The position numbers and the translations under genes are program-made. The notes under the pieces were generated by a model. It was given only the letters and a program-made list of their open reading frames with translations. It was not told where the DNA came from and made no database searches. Source: Eledone cirrhosa (Eukaryota). Taken from it: a stretch of 64,000 nt of DNA. Where the stretch lies: assembly GCA_964016885.1 (NCBI GenBank), contig OZ024741.1, forward strand, positions 273,544,001 to 273,608,000, given 5' to 3'. Positions within the stretch are counted from its first letter, which is position 1. Every line of letters begins with the position of its first letter. Below, piece after piece: positions 15,271 through 31,100 of this stretch.

Positions 15271-18200
15271 CAGATAGTGTCTGTATGTCACTATGTCACC
15301 GTTATCAGACCAGATAGTGTCTGTAAAGTGTCTGTATGTCACTATGTCACCGCTATCAAACCAGATAGTGTCTGTATGTCACTATGTCACCGCTATCAGA
15401 CAAGATAGTGTCTGTAAAGTGTCTGTATGTCACTATGCCACCGCTATCAGACCAGATAGTGTCTGTAAAGTATCTGTATGTCACTGTGTCACCGCTATCA
15501 GACCAGATCGTGTCTGTAAAGTGTCTGTATGTCACTATGTCACCGCTATCAGACCAGATAGTGTCTGTAAAGTGTCTGTATGTCACTAAGTCACCGCTAT
15601 CAGACCAGATAGTATCTGTAAAGTGTCTGTATGTCACTATATCACCGCTATCAGACAAGATAGTGTCTGTAAAGTTTTTGTATGTCACTATGTCACCGCT
15701 ATCAGACCAGATAGTGTCTGTAATGTGGCTGTATGTCACTGTGGCACCGCTATCAGACCAGATAGTGTCTGTAAAGTGTCTGTATATCACTATGTCACTG
15801 TTATCAGACCATATAGTGTCTGTAAAGTGTCTGTATGTCACTATGTCACCGCTATCAGACAAGATAGTGTCTATAATGTGGCTGTATGTCACTATGTCAC
15901 CGCTATCAGACCAGATAGTGTCTGTAAAGTGTCTGTATGTCACTATGTCACCGTTATTAGACCAGATAGTGTCTGTAAAGTGTCTGTATGTCACTGTGTC
16001 ACCGCTATCAGACCAGACAGTGTCTGTAATGTGGCTGTATGTCACTATGTCAGCGCTATCAGACCAGATAGTGTCTGTAAAGTGTCTGTATGTCACTATG
16101 TCACCGCTATCAGACCAGATGGTGTCTGTAAAGTGTCTGTATGTCACTATGTCACCGCTATCAGACCAGATGGTGTCTGTAAAGTGGCTGTATGTCACTA
16201 TGTCACTGTTATCAGACCAGATAGTGTCTGTAAAATGTCTGTATGTCACTATGTCACCGCTATCAGACCAGATAGTGTCTGTAAAGTGTCTGTGTGTCAC
16301 CATGTCACCGCTATCAGACCAGATAGTGTCTGTAAAGTGTCTGTGTGTCACTATGTCACCGCTATCAGACCAGATAGTGTCTTTAACGTGGCTGTATGTC
16401 ACTATGTCACCGCTATCAGACCAGATAGTGTCTGTAAAGTATCTGTGTGTCACTATGTCACCGCTATCAGACCAGATAGTGTCTTTAACGTGGCTGTATG
16501 TCACTATGTCACCGCTATCTGACCAGATAGTGTCTGTATGTCACCATGTCACCGTTATCAGACCAGATAGTGTCTGTATGTCACTGTGTCACAGTTATCA
16601 GACCAGATAGTGTCTGTAAAGTGTCTGTATGTCACTATGTTACCGTTATCAGACCAGATAGTGTCTGTAAAGTGTCTGTATGTCACTATGTCACTATGTC
16701 ACCTCTATCAGACCAGATAGTGTCTGTAAAGTGTCTGTATGTCACTATATCACTGTTATCAGACCAGATAGTGTCTGTAATGTGGCTGTATGTCACTGTG
16801 TCACCGCTATCAGACCAGATAGTGTCTGTAAAGTGTCTGTATACCACTATGTCACTGTTATCAGACCATATAGTGTCTGTAAAGTGTCTGTATGTCACTA
16901 TGTCACCGCTATCAGACAAGATAGTGTCTGTAATGTGGCTGTATGTCACTATGTCACCGCTATCAGACCAGATAGTGTCTGTAAAGTGTCTGTATGTCAC
17001 TATGTCACCGTTATCAGACCAGATAATGTCTGTAAAGTGTCTGTATGTCACTATGTCACCGCTATCAGACCAGATAGTGTCTGTAAAGTGTCTGTATGTC
17101 ACTATGTCACCGCTATCAGACCAGATAGTGTCTGTAAAGTGTCTGTATGTCACTATGTCACCGCTATCAGAACAGATAGTGTCTGTAAAGTGTCTGTATG
17201 TCACTATGTCACTGTTATCAGACAAGATAGTGTCTGTAATGTGTCTGTATGTCACTATGTCACCGCTATCAGACCAGATGGTGTCTGTAATGTGTCTGTA
17301 TGTCACTATGTCACTGTTATCAGACCAGATAGTGTCTGTAAAGTGTCTGTATGTCACTATGTCACCGCTATCAGACCAGATGGTGTCTGTAATGTGTCTG
17401 TATGTCACTATGTCACTGTTATCAGACCAGATAGTGTCTGTAAAGTGTCTGTGTGTCACTATGTCACCGCTATCAGACCAGATGGTGTCTGTAAAGTGGT
17501 TGTATGTCACTATGTCACTGTTATCAGGCCAGATAGTGTCTGTAAAGTGTCTGTATGTCACTATGTCACTGTTATCTGACCAGATAGTGTCTGTGTGTCA
17601 CTGTGTCACCGTTATCAGACCAGATAGTGACTGTATGTCACCATGTCACCGTTATCAGACCAGATAGTGTCTGTATGTCACCATGTCACCGTTATCAGAC
17701 CAGATAGTGTCTGTATGTCACTGTGTCACAGTTATCAGACCAGATAGTGTCTGTAAAGTGTCTGTATGTCACTATGTTACCGTTATCAGACCAGATAGTG
17801 TCTGTAAAGTGTCTGTATGTCACTGTGTCACCGCTATCAGACCAGACAGTGTCTGTAATGTGACTGTATGTCACTATGTCACCGCTATCAGGCCAGCTAG
17901 TGTCTGTATGTCCCTGTGTCACTGTTATCAGACCAGATAGTGTCTGTAAAGTGTCTGTATGTCACTGTGTCACCGCTATCAGACCAGACAGTGTCTGTAA
18001 TGTGGCTGTATGTCACTATGTCAGCGCTATCAGACCAGATAGTGTCTGTAAAGTGTCTGTATGTCACTATGTCACCGCTATCAGACCAGATAGTGTCTGT
18101 ATGTCACTATGTCACCGTTATCAGACCAGATAGTGTCTGTAAAGTGTCTGTATGTCACTATGTCACCGCTATCAAACCAGATAGTGTCTGTATGTCACTA

Positions 18201-21200
18201 TGTCACCGCTATCAGACAAGATAGTGTCTGTAAAGTGTCTGTATGTCACTATGCCACCGCTATCAGACCAGATAGTGTCTGTAAAGTATCTGTATGTCAC
18301 TGTGTCACCGCTATCAGACCAGATCGTGTCTGTAAAGTGTCTGTATGTCACTATGTCACCGCTATCAGACCAGATAGTGTCTGTAAAGTGTCTGTATGTC
18401 ACTAAGTCACCGCTATCAGACCAGATAGTATCTGTAATGTGTCTGTATGTCACTATATCACCGCTATCAGACAAGATAGTGTCTGTAAAGTTTTTGTATG
18501 TCACTATGTCACCGCTATCAGACCAGATAGTGTCTGTAAAGTGTCTGTATATCACTATGTCACTGTTATCAGACCATATAGTGTCTGTAAAGTGTCTGTA
18601 TGTCACTATGTCACAGCTATCAGACAAGATAGTGTCTGTAATGTGGCTGTATGTCACTATGTCACCGCTATCAGACCAGATAGTGTCTGTAAAGTGTCTG
18701 TATGTCACTATGTCACTGTTATCAGACCAGATAGTGTCTGTAAAGTGTCTGTATGTCACTATTTCACTGTTATCAGACCAGATAGTGTCAGTAAAGTGTC
18801 TGTATATCACTATGTCACGGCCATCAGACCAGATAGTGTCTGTAAAGTGTCTGTATGTCACTATGTCACTGTTATCAGACCAGATAGTGTCTGTAAAGTG
18901 TCTGTATGTCACTATGTCACTGTTATCAGACCAGATAGTGTCTGTAAAGTGTCTGTATGTCACTATGTCACCGCTATCAGTCCAGATAGTGTCTGTAAAG
19001 TGTCTGAATGTCACTGTGTCACCGCTATCAGACCAGACAGTGTCTGTAAATGTGGCTGTATGTCATTATGTCACCGCTATCAGACCAGATAGTGTCTGTA
19101 AAGTGTCTGTATGTCACCATGTCACCGCTATCAGACCACATAGTGTCTGTAAAGTGGCTGTATGTCACTATGTCACCGCTATCAGACCAGATAGTCTCTG
19201 TAAAGTGTCTGTATGTCACTATATCACTGTTATCAGACCAGATAGTGTCTGTAAAGTGTCTGAATGTCACTATGTCACGGCTATCAGAACAGATAGTGTC
19301 TGTATGTCACTATGTCACCGTTATCCGACCAGATAGTATCTGTAATGTGACTGTATGTCACTATGTCACCGCTATCAGGCCAGATAGTGTCTGTATGTCA
19401 CTGCGTCACTGTTATCAGACCAGATAGTGTCTGTAAAGTGTCTGTATGTCACTATGTCACAGCTATCAGACCAGATAGTGTCTGTAAAGTGTCTGTATGT
19501 CACTATGTCACTGTTATCTGACCAGATAGTGTCTGTGTGTCACTGTGTCACCGTTATCAGACCAGATAGTGTCTGTAAAGTGTCTGTATGTCACTATGTC
19601 ACCGCTATCAGACCAGACAGTGTCTGTAATGTGGCTGTATGTCACTGTGTCACCGCTATCAGACCAGATAGTGTCTGTAAAGTGTCAGTATGTCACTATG
19701 TCACCGCTATTAGACAAGATAGTGTCTGTATGTCACTATGTCACCGTTATCAGACCAGATAGTGTCTGTAATGTGGCTGTATGTCACTGTGTCACCGCTA
19801 TCAGACCAGATAGTGTCTGTAATGTGTCTGTATGTCACTATGTCACCGCTATCAGACCAGATAGTGTCTGTATGTCACTATGTCACCGCTATCAGACCAG
19901 ATAGTGTCTGTAAAGTGTCTGTATGTTACTATGTCACCGCTATCAGACCAGACGGTGTCTGTAAAGTGGCTGTATGTCACTATGTCACTGTTATCAGACC
20001 AGATAGTGTCTGTAAAGTGTCTGTATGTCACTATGTCACCGCTATCAGACCAGATGGTGTCTGTAAAGTGTCTGTATGTCACTATGTCACCACTATCAGA
20101 CCAGATGGTGTCTGTAAAGTGGCTGTACGTCACTATGTCACTGTTATCAGACCAGATAGTGTCTGTAAAATGTCTGTATGTCACTATGTCACCGCTATCA
20201 GACCAGATAGTGTCTGTAAAGTGTCTGTGTTTCACCATGTCACCGCTATCAGACCAGATAGTGTCTGTAAAGTGTCTGTGTGTCACTATGTCACCGCTAT
20301 CAGACCATATAGTGTCTTTAACGTGGCTGTATGTCACTATGTCACCGCTATCAGACCAGATAGTGTCTGTAAAGTATCTGTGTGTCACTATGTCACCGCT
20401 ATCAGACCAGATAGTGTCTTTAACGTGGCTGTATGTCACTATGTCACCGCTATCAGACCAGATAGTGTCTGTATGTCACTATATCACCGTTATCAGACCA
20501 GATAGTGTCTGTAAAGTGGCTGTATATCACTATGTCACCGCTATCAGACCAGATAGTGTCTGTAAAGTGTCTGTATGTCACTATGTCACTATGTCACCTC
20601 TATCAGACCAGATAGTGTCTGTAAAGTGTCTGTATGTCACTATATCACTGTTATCAGACCAGATAGTGTCTGTAATGTGGCTGTATGTCACTGTGTCACC
20701 GCTATCAGACCAGATAGTGTCTGTAAAGTGTCTGTATACCACTATGTCACTGTTATCAGACCATATAGTGTCTGTAAAGTGTCTGTATGTCACTATGTCA
20801 CCGCTATCAGACAAGATAGTGTCTGTAATGTGGCTGTATGTCACTATGTCACCGGTATCAGACCAGATAGTGTCTGTAAAGTGTCTGTATGTCACTATGT
20901 CACCGTTATCAGACCAGATAATGTCTGTAAAGTGTCTGTATGTCACTATGTCACCGCTATCAGACCAGATAGTGTCTGTAAAGTGTCTGTATGTCACTAT
21001 GTCACCGCTATCAGACCAGATAGTGTCTGTAAAGTGTCTGTATGTCACTATGTCACCGCTATCAGACCAGATAGTGTCTGTAAAGTGTCTGTATGTCACT
21101 ATGTCACTGTTATCAGACAAGATAGCGTCTGTAATGTGTCTGTATGTCACTATGTCACCGCTATCAGACCAGATGGTGTCTGTAATGTGTCTGTATGTCA

Positions 21201-21885
21201 CTATGTCACTGTTATCAGACCAGATAGTGTCTGTAAAGTGTCTGTATGTCACTATGTCACCGCTATCAGACCAGATGGTGTCTGTAATGTGTCTGTATGT
21301 CACTATGTCACTGTTATCAGACCAGATAGTGTCTGTAAAGTGTCTGTGTGTCACTATGTCACCGCTATCAGACCAGATGGTGTCTGTAAAGTGGTTGTAT
21401 GTCACTATGTCACTGTTATCCGACCAGATAGTGTCTGTAAAGTGTCTGTATGCCACTATGTCACTGTTATCTGACCAGATAGTGTCTGTGTGTCACTGTG
21501 TCACCGTTATCAGACCAGATAGTGTCTGTATGTCACCATGTCACCGTTATCAGACCAGATAGTGTCTGTATGTCACTATGTCACCGTTATCAGACCAGAT
21601 AGTGTCTGTATGTCACTGTGTCACAGTTATCAGACCAGATAGTGTCTGTAAAGTGTCTGTATGTCACTATGTTACCGTTATCAGACCAGATAGTGTCTGT
21701 AAAGTGTCTGTATGTCACTGTGTCACCGCTATCAGACCAGACAGTGTCTGTAATGTGACTGTATGTCACTATGTCACCGCTATCAGGCCAGCTAGTGTCT
21801 GTATGTCCCTGTGTCACTGTTATCAGACCAGATAGTGTCTGTAAAGTGTCTGTATGTCACTATGTCACAGTTATTAGACCAGATA

Positions 21886-24800
21886 GTGTCTGTAAAGTGT
21901 CTGTATGTCACTGTGTCACCGCTATCAGACCAGACAGTGTCTGTAATGTGGCTGTATGTCACTATGTCAGCGCTATCAGACCAGATAGTGTCTGTAAAGT
22001 GTCTGTATGTCACTATGTCACCGCTATCAGACCAGATAGTGTCAGTATGTCACTATGTCACCGTTATCAGACCAGATAGTGTCTGTAAAGTGTCTGTATG
22101 ACACTATGTCACCGCTATCAGACTAGATGGTGTCTGTAAAGTGTCTGTATGTCACTATGTCACTGTTATCAGACCAGATAGTGTCTGTAAAGTGTCTGTG
22201 TGTCACTATGTCACCGCTATCAGACCAGATAGTGTCTGTAAAGTGGTTGTATGTCACTATGTCACTGTTATCAGACCAGATAGTGTCTGTAAAGTGGTGG
22301 TATGTCACTATGTCACCGCTATCAGACCAGATGGTGTCTGTAAAGTGGTTGTATGTCACTATGTCACTGTTATCAGACCAGATAGTGTCTGTAAAGTGTC
22401 TGTATGTCACTATGTCACTGTTATCTGACCAGATAGTGTCTGTGTGTCACTGTGTCACCGTTATCAGACCAGATAGTGTCTGTAAAGTGTCTGTATGTCA
22501 CTATGTCACCGCTATCAGACCAGACAGTGTCTGTAATGTGGCTGTATGTCACTGTGTCACCGCTATCAGACCAGATAGTGTCTGTAAAGTGTCAGTATGT
22601 CACTATGTCACCGCTATTAGACAAGATAGTGTCTGTATGTCACTATGTCACCGTTTTCAGACCAGATAGTGTCTGTAATGTGGCTGTATGTCACTGTGTC
22701 ACCGCTATCAGACCAGATAGTGTCTGTAATGTGGCTGTATGTCACTATGTCACCGCTATCAGACCAGATAGTGTCTGTATGTCACTATGTCACCGCTATC
22801 AGACCAGATAGTGTCTGTAAAGTGTCTGTATGTTACTATGTCACCGCTATCAGACCAGGTGGTGTCTGTAAAGTGGCTGTATGTCACTATGTCACTGTTA
22901 TCAGACCAGATAGTGTCTGTAAAGTGTCTGTATGTCACTATGTCACCGCTATCAGACCAGATGGTGTCTGTAAAGTGTCTGTATGTCACTATGTCACCGC
23001 TATCAGACCAGATGGTGTCTGTAAAGTGGCTGTATGTCACTATGTCACTGTTATCAGACCAGATAGTGTCTGTAAAATGTCTGTATGTCACTATGTCACC
23101 GCTATCAGACCAGATAGTGTCTGTAAAGTGTCTGTGTGTCACCATGTCACCGCTATCAGACCAGATAGTGTCTGTAAAGTGTCTGTGTGTCACTATGTCA
23201 CCGCTATCAGACCAGATAGTGTCTTTAACGTGGCTGTATGTCACTATGTCACCACTATCAGACCAGATAGTGTCTGTAAAGTATCTGTGTGTCACTATGT
23301 CACCGCTATCAGACCAGATAGTGTCTTTAACGTGGCTGTATGTCACTATGTCACCGCTATCAGACCAGATAGTGTCTGTATGTCACTATATCACCGTTAT
23401 CAGACCAGATAGTGTCTGTAAAGTGGCTGTATATCACTATGTCACCGCTATCAGACCAGATAGTGTCTGTAAAGTGTCTGTATGTCACTATGTCACTATG
23501 TCACCTCTATCAGACCAGATAGTGTCTGTAAAGTGTCTGTATGTCACTGTGTCACCGCTATCAGACCAGACAGTGTCTGTAATGTGGCTGTATGTCACTA
23601 TGTCAGCGCTATCAGACCAGATAGTGTCTGTAAAGTGTCTGTATGTCACTATGTCACCGCTATCAGACCAGATAGTGTCAGTATGTCACTATGTCACCGT
23701 TATCAGACCAGATAGTGTCTGTAAAGTGTCTGTATGACACTATGTCACCGCTATCAGACTAGATGGTGTCTGTAAAGTGTCTGTATGTCACTATGTCACT
23801 GTTATCAGACCAGATAGTGTCTGTAAAGTGTCTGTGTGTCACTATGTCACCGCTATCAGACCAGATAGTGTCTGTAAAGTGGTTGTATGTCACTATGTCA
23901 CTGTTATCAGACCAGATAGTGTCTGTAAAGTGGTGGTATGTCACTATGTCACCGCTATCAGACCAGATGGTGTCTGTAAAGTGGTTGTATGTCACTATGT
24001 CACTGTTATCAGACCAGATAGTGTCTGTAAAGTGTCTGTATGTCACTATGTCACTGTTATCTGACCAGATAGTGTCTGTGTGTCACTGTGTCACCGTTAT
24101 CAGACCAGATAGTGTCTGTAAAGTGTCTGTATGTCACTATGTCACCGCTATCAGACCAGACAGTGTCTGTAATGTGGCTGTATGTCACTGTGTCACCGCT
24201 ATCAGACCAGATAGTGTCTGTAAAGTGTCAGTATGTCACTATGTCACCGCTATTAGACAAGATAGTGTCTGTATGTCACTATGTCACCGTTTTCAGACCA
24301 GATAGTGTCTGTAATGTGGCTGTATGTCACTGTGTCACCGCTATCAGACCAGATAGTGTCTGTAATGTGGCTGTATGTCACTATGTCACCGCTATCAGAC
24401 CAGATAGTGTCTGTATGTCACTATGTCACCGCTATCAGACCAGATAGTGTCTGTAAAGTGTCTGTATGTTACTATGTCACCGCTATCAGACCAGGTGGTG
24501 TCTGTAAAGTGGCTGTATGTCACTATGTCACTGTTATCAGACCAGATAGTGTCTGTAAAGTGTCTGTATGTCACTATGTCACCGCTATCAGACCAGATGG
24601 TGTCTGTAAAGTGTCTGTATGTCACTATGTCACCGCTATCAGACCAGATGGTGTCTGTAAAGTGGCTGTATGTCACTATGTCACTGTTATCAGACCAGAT
24701 AGTGTCTGTAAAATGTCTGTATGTCACTATGTCACCGCTATCAGACCAGATAGTGTCTGTAAAGTGTCTGTGTGTCACCATGTCACCGCTATCAGACCAG

Positions 24801-25158
24801 ATAGTGTCTGTAAAGTGTCTGTGTGTCACTATGTCACCGCTATCAGACCAGATAGTGTCTTTAACGTGGCTGTATGTCACTATGTCACCACTATCAGACC
24901 AGATAGTGTCTGTAAAGTATCTGTGTGTCACTATGTCACCGCTATCAGACCAGATAGTGTCTTTAACGTGGCTGTATGTCACTATGTCACCGCTATCAGA
25001 CCAGATAGTGTCTGTATGTCACTATATCACCGTTATCAGACCAGATAGTGTCTGTAAAGTGGCTGTATATCACTATGTCACCGCTATCAGACCAGATAGT
25101 GTCTGTAAAGTGTCTGTATGTCACTATGTCACTATGTCACCTCTATCAGACCAGATAG
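21886..25158. repeat. Higher-order repeat block, period 1636 bp (2 copies)
   Basis: Matching ORFs at 22123/23759, 22452/24088 and 22645/24281. Private variants GTATGACAC and CCGTTTTCAG recur at the same offset. Confidence 0.9.
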
Positions 25159-28100
25159 TGTCTGTAAAGTGTCTGTATGTCACTATATCACTGTTATCAG
25201 ACCAGATAGTGTCTGTAATGTGGCTGTATGTCACTGTGTCACCGCTATCAGACCAGATAGTGTCTGTAAAGTGTCTGTATACCACTATGTCACTGTTATC
25301 AGACCATATAGTGTCTGTAAAGTGTCTGTATGTCACTATGTCACCGCTATCAGACAAGATAGTGTCTGTAATGTGGCTGTATGTCACTATGTCACCGCTA
25401 TCAGACCAGATAGTGTCTGTAAAGTGTCTGTATGTCACTATGTCACCGTTATCAGACCAGATAATGTCTGTAAAGTGTCTGTATGTCACTATGTCACCGC
25501 TATCAGACCAGATAGTGTCTGTAAAGTGTCAGTATGTCACTATGTCACCGCTATTAGACAAGATAGTGTCTGTGTGTCACTGTGTCACCGTTATCAGACC
25601 AGATAGTGTCTGTAAAGTGTCTGTATGTCACTATGTCACCGCTATCAGACCAGATAGTGTCTGTAAAGTGTCTGAATGTCACTATGTCACGGCTATCAGA
25701 ACAGATAGTGTCTGTATGCCACTATGTCACCGTTATCCGACCAGATAGTATCTGTAATGTGACTGTATGTCACTATGTCACAGCTATCAGACCAGATAGT
25801 GTCTGTAAAGTGTCTGTATGTCACTATGTCACTGTTATCTGACCAGATAGTGTCTGTGTGTCACTGTGTCACCGTTATCAGACCAGATAGTGTCTGTAAA
25901 GTGTCTGTATGTCACTATGTCACCGCTATCAGACCAGACAGTGTCTGTAATGTGGCTGTATGTCACTGTGTCACCGCTATCAGACCAGATAGTGTCTGTA
26001 AAGTGTCAGTATGTCACTATGTCACCGCTATTAGACAAGATAGTGTCTGTATGTCACTATGTCACCGTTATCAGACCAGATAGTGTCTGTAATGTGGCTG
26101 TATGTCACTGTGTCACCGCTATCAGACCAGATAGTGTCTGTAATGTGTCTGTATGTCACTATGTCACCGCTATCAGACCAGATAGTGTCTGTATGTCACT
26201 ATGTCACCGCTATCAGACCAGATAGTGTCTGTAAAGTGTCTGTATGTTACTATGTCACCGCTATCAGACCAGACGGTGTCTGTAAAGTGGAAGTATGTCA
26301 CTATGTCACTGTTATCAGACCAGATAGTGTCTGTAAAGTGTCTGTATGTCACTATGTCACCGCTATCAGACCAGATGGTGTCTGTAAAGTGTCTGTATGT
26401 CACTATGTCACCGCTATCAGACCAGATGGTGTCTGTAAAGTGGCTGTATGTCACTATGTCACTGTTATCAGACCAGATAGTGTCTGTAAAATGTCTGTAT
26501 GTCACTATGTCACCGCTATCAGACCAGATAGTGTCTGTAAAGTGTCTGTGTTTCACCATGTCACCGCTATCAGACCAGATAGTGTCTGTAAAGTGTCTGT
26601 GTGTCACTATGTCACCGCTATCAGACCATATAGTGTCTTTAACGTGGCTGTATGTCACTATGTCACCGCTATCAGACCAGATAGTGTCTTTAACGTGGCT
26701 GTATGTCACTATGTCACCGCTATCAGACCAGATAGTGTCTGTATGTCACTATATCACCGTTATCAGACCAAATAGTGTCTGTAAAGTGGCTGTATATCAC
26801 TATGTCACCGCTATCAGACCAGATAGTGTCTGTAAAGTGTCTGTATGTCACTATGTCACTATGTCACCTCTATCAGACCAGATAGTGTCTGTAAAGTGTC
26901 TGTATGTCACTATATCACTGTTATCAGACCAGATAGTGTCTGTAATGTGGCTGTATGTCACTGTGTCACCGCTATCAGACCAGATAGTGTCTGTAAAGTG
27001 TCTGTATACCACTATGTCACTGTTATCAGACCATATAGTGTCTGTAAAGTGTCTGTATGTCACTATGTCACCGCTATCAGACAAGATAGTGTCTGTAATG
27101 TGGCTGTATGTCACTATGTCACCGGTATCAGACCAGATAGTGTCTGTAAAGTGTCTGTATGTCACTATGTCACCGTTATCAGACCAGATAATGTCTGTAA
27201 AGTGTCTGTATGTCACTATGTCACCGCTATCAGACCAGATAGTGTCTGTAAAGTGTCTGTATGTCACTATGTCACCGCTATCAGACCAGATGGTGTCTGT
27301 AATGTGTCTGTATGTCACTATGTCACTGTTATCAGACCAGATAGTGTCTGTAAAGTGTCTGTATGTCACTATGTCACCGCTATCAGACCAGATGGTGTCT
27401 GTAATGTGTCTGTATGTCACTATGTCACTGTTATCAGACCAGATAGTGTCTGTAAAGTGTCTGTGTGTCACTATGTCACCGCTATCAGACCAGATGGTGT
27501 CTGTAAAGTGGTTGTATGTCACTATGTCACTGTTATCAGACCAGATAGTGTCTGTAAAGTGTCTGTATGCCACTATGTCACTGTTATCTGACCAGATAGT
27601 GTCTGTGTGTCACTGTGTCACCGTTATCAGACCAGATAGTGTCTGTATGTCACCATGTCACCGTTATCAGACCAGATAGTGTCTGTATGTCACTATGTCA
27701 CCGTTATCAGACCAGATAGTGTCTGTATGTCACTGTGACACAGTTATCAGACCAGATAGTGTCTGTAAAGTGTCTGTATGTCACTATGTTACCGTTATCA
27801 GACCAGATAGTGTCTGTAAAGTGTCTGTATGTCACTGTGTCACCGCTATCAGACCAGACAGTGTCTGTAATGTGACTGTATGTCACTATGTCACCGCTAT
27901 CAGGCCAGCTAGTGTCTGTATGTCCCTGTGTCACTGTTATCAGACCAGATAGTGTCTGTAAAGTGTCTGTATGTCACTATGTCACAGTTATTAGACCAGA
28001 TAGTGTCTGTAAAGTGTCTGTATGTCACTGTGTCACCGCTATCAGACCAGAGAGTGTCTGTAATGTGGCTGTATGTCACTATGTCAGCGCTATCAGACCA

Positions 28101-31100
28101 GATAGTGTCTGTAAAGTGTCTGTATGTCACTATGTCACCGCTATCAGACCAGATAGTGTCAGTATGTCACTATGTCACCGTTATCAGACCAGATAGTGTC
28201 TGTAAAGTGTCTGTATGTCACTATGTCAGCGCTATCAAACCAGATAGTGTCTGTATGTCACTATGTCACTGTTATCAGACCAGATAGTGTCTGTAAAGTG
28301 TCTGTATGTCACTATGTCACCGCTATCAGACTAGATGGTGTCTGTAAAGTGTCTGTATGTCACTATGTCACTGTTATCAGACCAGATAGTGTCTGTAAAG
28401 TGTCTGTGTGTCACTATGTCACCGCTATCAGACCAGATAGTGTCTGTAAAGTGGTTGTATGTCACTATGTCACTGTTATCAGACCAGATAGTGTCTGTAA
28501 AGTGGTGGTATGTCACTATGTCACCGCTATCAGACCAGATGGTGTCTGTAAAGTGGTTGTATGTCACTATGTCACTGTTATCAGACCAGATAGTGTCTGT
28601 AAAGTGTCTGTATGTCACTATGTCACTGTTATCTGACCAGATAGTGTCTGTGTGTCACTGTGTCACCGTTATCAGACCAGATAGTGTCTGTAAAGTGTCT
28701 GTATGTCACTATGTCACCGCTATCAGACCAGACAGTGTCTGTAATGTGGCTGTATGTCACTGTGTCACCGCTATCAGACCAGATAGTGTCTGTAAAGTGT
28801 CAGTATGTCACTATGTCACCGCTATTAGACAAGATAGTGTCTGTATGTCACTATGTCACCGTTATCAGACCAGATAGTGTCTGTAATGTGGCTGTATGTC
28901 ACTGTGTCACCGCTATCAGACCAGATAGTGTCTGTAAAGTGTCTGTATGTTACTATGTCACCGCTATCAGACCAGGTGGTGTCTGTAAAGTGGCTGTATG
29001 TCACTATGTCACTGTTATCAGACCAGATAGTGTCTGTAAAGTGTCTGTATGTCACTATGTCACCGCTATCAGACCAGATGGTGTCTGTAAAGTGTCTGTA
29101 TGTCACTATGTCACCGCTATCAGACCAGATGGTGTCTGTAAAGTGTCTGTATGTCACTATGTCACTGTTATCAGACAAGATAGCGTCTGTAATGTGTCTG
29201 TATGTCACTATGTCACCGCTATCAGACCAGATGGTGTCTGTAATGTGTCTGTATGTCACTATGTCACTGTTATCAGACCAGATAGTGTCTGTAAAGTGTC
29301 TGTATGTCACTATGTCACCGCTATCAGACCAGATGGTGTCTGTAATGTGTCTGTATGTCACTATGTCACTGTTATCAGACCAGATAGTGTCTGTAAAGTG
29401 TCTGTGTGTCACTATGTCACCGCTATCAGACCAGATGGTGTCTGTAAAGTGGTTGTATGTCACTATGTCACTGTTATCAGACCAGATAGTGTCTGTAAAG
29501 TGTCTGTATGCCACTATGTCACTGTTATCTGACCAGATAGTGTCTGTGTGTCACTGTGTCACCGTTATCAGACCAGATAGTGTCTGTATGTCACCATGTC
29601 ACCGTTATCAGACCAGATAGTGTCTGTATGTCACTATGTCACCGTTATCAGACCAGATAGTGTCTGTATGTCACTGTGTCACAGTTATCAGACCAGATAG
29701 TGTCTGTAAAGTGTCTGTATGTCACTATGTTACCGTTATCAGACCAGATAGTGTCTGTAAAGTGTCTGTATGTCACTGTGTCACCGCTATCAGACCAGAC
29801 AGTGTCTGTAATGTGACTGTATGTCACTATGTCACCGCTATCAGGCCAGCTAGTGTCTGTATGTCCCTGTGTCACTGTTATCAGACCAGATAGTGTCTGT
29901 AAAGTGTCTGTATGTCACTATGTCACAGTTATTAGACCAGATAGTGTCTGTAAAGTGTCTGTATGTCACTGTGTCACCGCTATCAGACCAGACAGTGTCT
30001 GTAATGTGGCTGTATGTCACTATGTCAGCGCTATCAGACCAGATAGTGTGTGTAAAGTGTCTGTATGTCACTATGTCACCGCTATCAGACCAGATAGTGT
30101 CAGTATGTCACTATGTCACCGTTATCAGACCAGATAGTGTCTGTAAAGTGTCTGTATGTCACTATGTCAGCGCTATCAAACCAGATAGTGTCTGTATGTC
30201 ACTATGTCACTGTTATCAGACCAGATAGTGTCTGTAAAGTGTCTGTGTGTCACTATGTCACCGCTATCAGACCAGATAGTGTCTGTAAAGTGGTTGTATG
30301 TCACTATGTCACTGTTATCAGACCAGATAGTGTCTGTAAAGTGGTGGTATGTCACTATGTCACCGCTATCAGACCAGATGGTGTCTGTAAAGTGGTTGTA
30401 TGTCACTATGTCACTGTTATCAGACCAGATAGTGTCTGTAAAGTGTCTGTATGTCACTATGTCACTGTTATCTGACCAGATAGTGTCTGTGTGTCACTGT
30501 GTCACCGTTATCAGACCAGATAGTGTCTGTAAAGTGTCTGTATGTCACTATGTCACCGCTATCAGACCAGACAGTGTCTGTAATGTGGCTGTATGTCACT
30601 GTGTCACCGCTATCAGACCAGATAGTGTCTGTAAAGTGTCAGTATGTCACTATGTCACCGCTATTAGACAAGATAGTGTCTGTATGTCACTATGTCACCG
30701 TTATCAGACCAGATAGTGTCTGTAATGTGGCTGTATGTCACTGTGTCACCGCTATCAGACCAGATAGTGTCTGTAATGTGTCTGTATGTCACTATGTCAC
30801 CGCTATCAGACCAGATAGTGTCTGTATGTCACTATGTCACCGCTATCAGACCAGATAGTGTCTGTAAAGTGTCTGTATGTTACTATGTCACCGCTATCAG
30901 ACCAGGTGGTGTCTGTAAAGTGGCTGTATGTCACTATGTCACTGTTATCAGACCAGATAGTGTCTGTAAAGTGTCTGTATGTCACTATGTCACCGCTATC
31001 AGACCACATGGTGTCTGTAAAGTGTCTGTATGTCACTATGTCACCGCTATCAGACCAGATGGTGTCTGTAAAGTGGCTGTATGTCACTATGTCACTGTTA

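Noticed and set aside
19041-19060. One 52-bp monomer (TGTAAATGTGG)
   Set aside because: An isolated +1 in an A run, which could be a sequencing error; not treated as a separate family.
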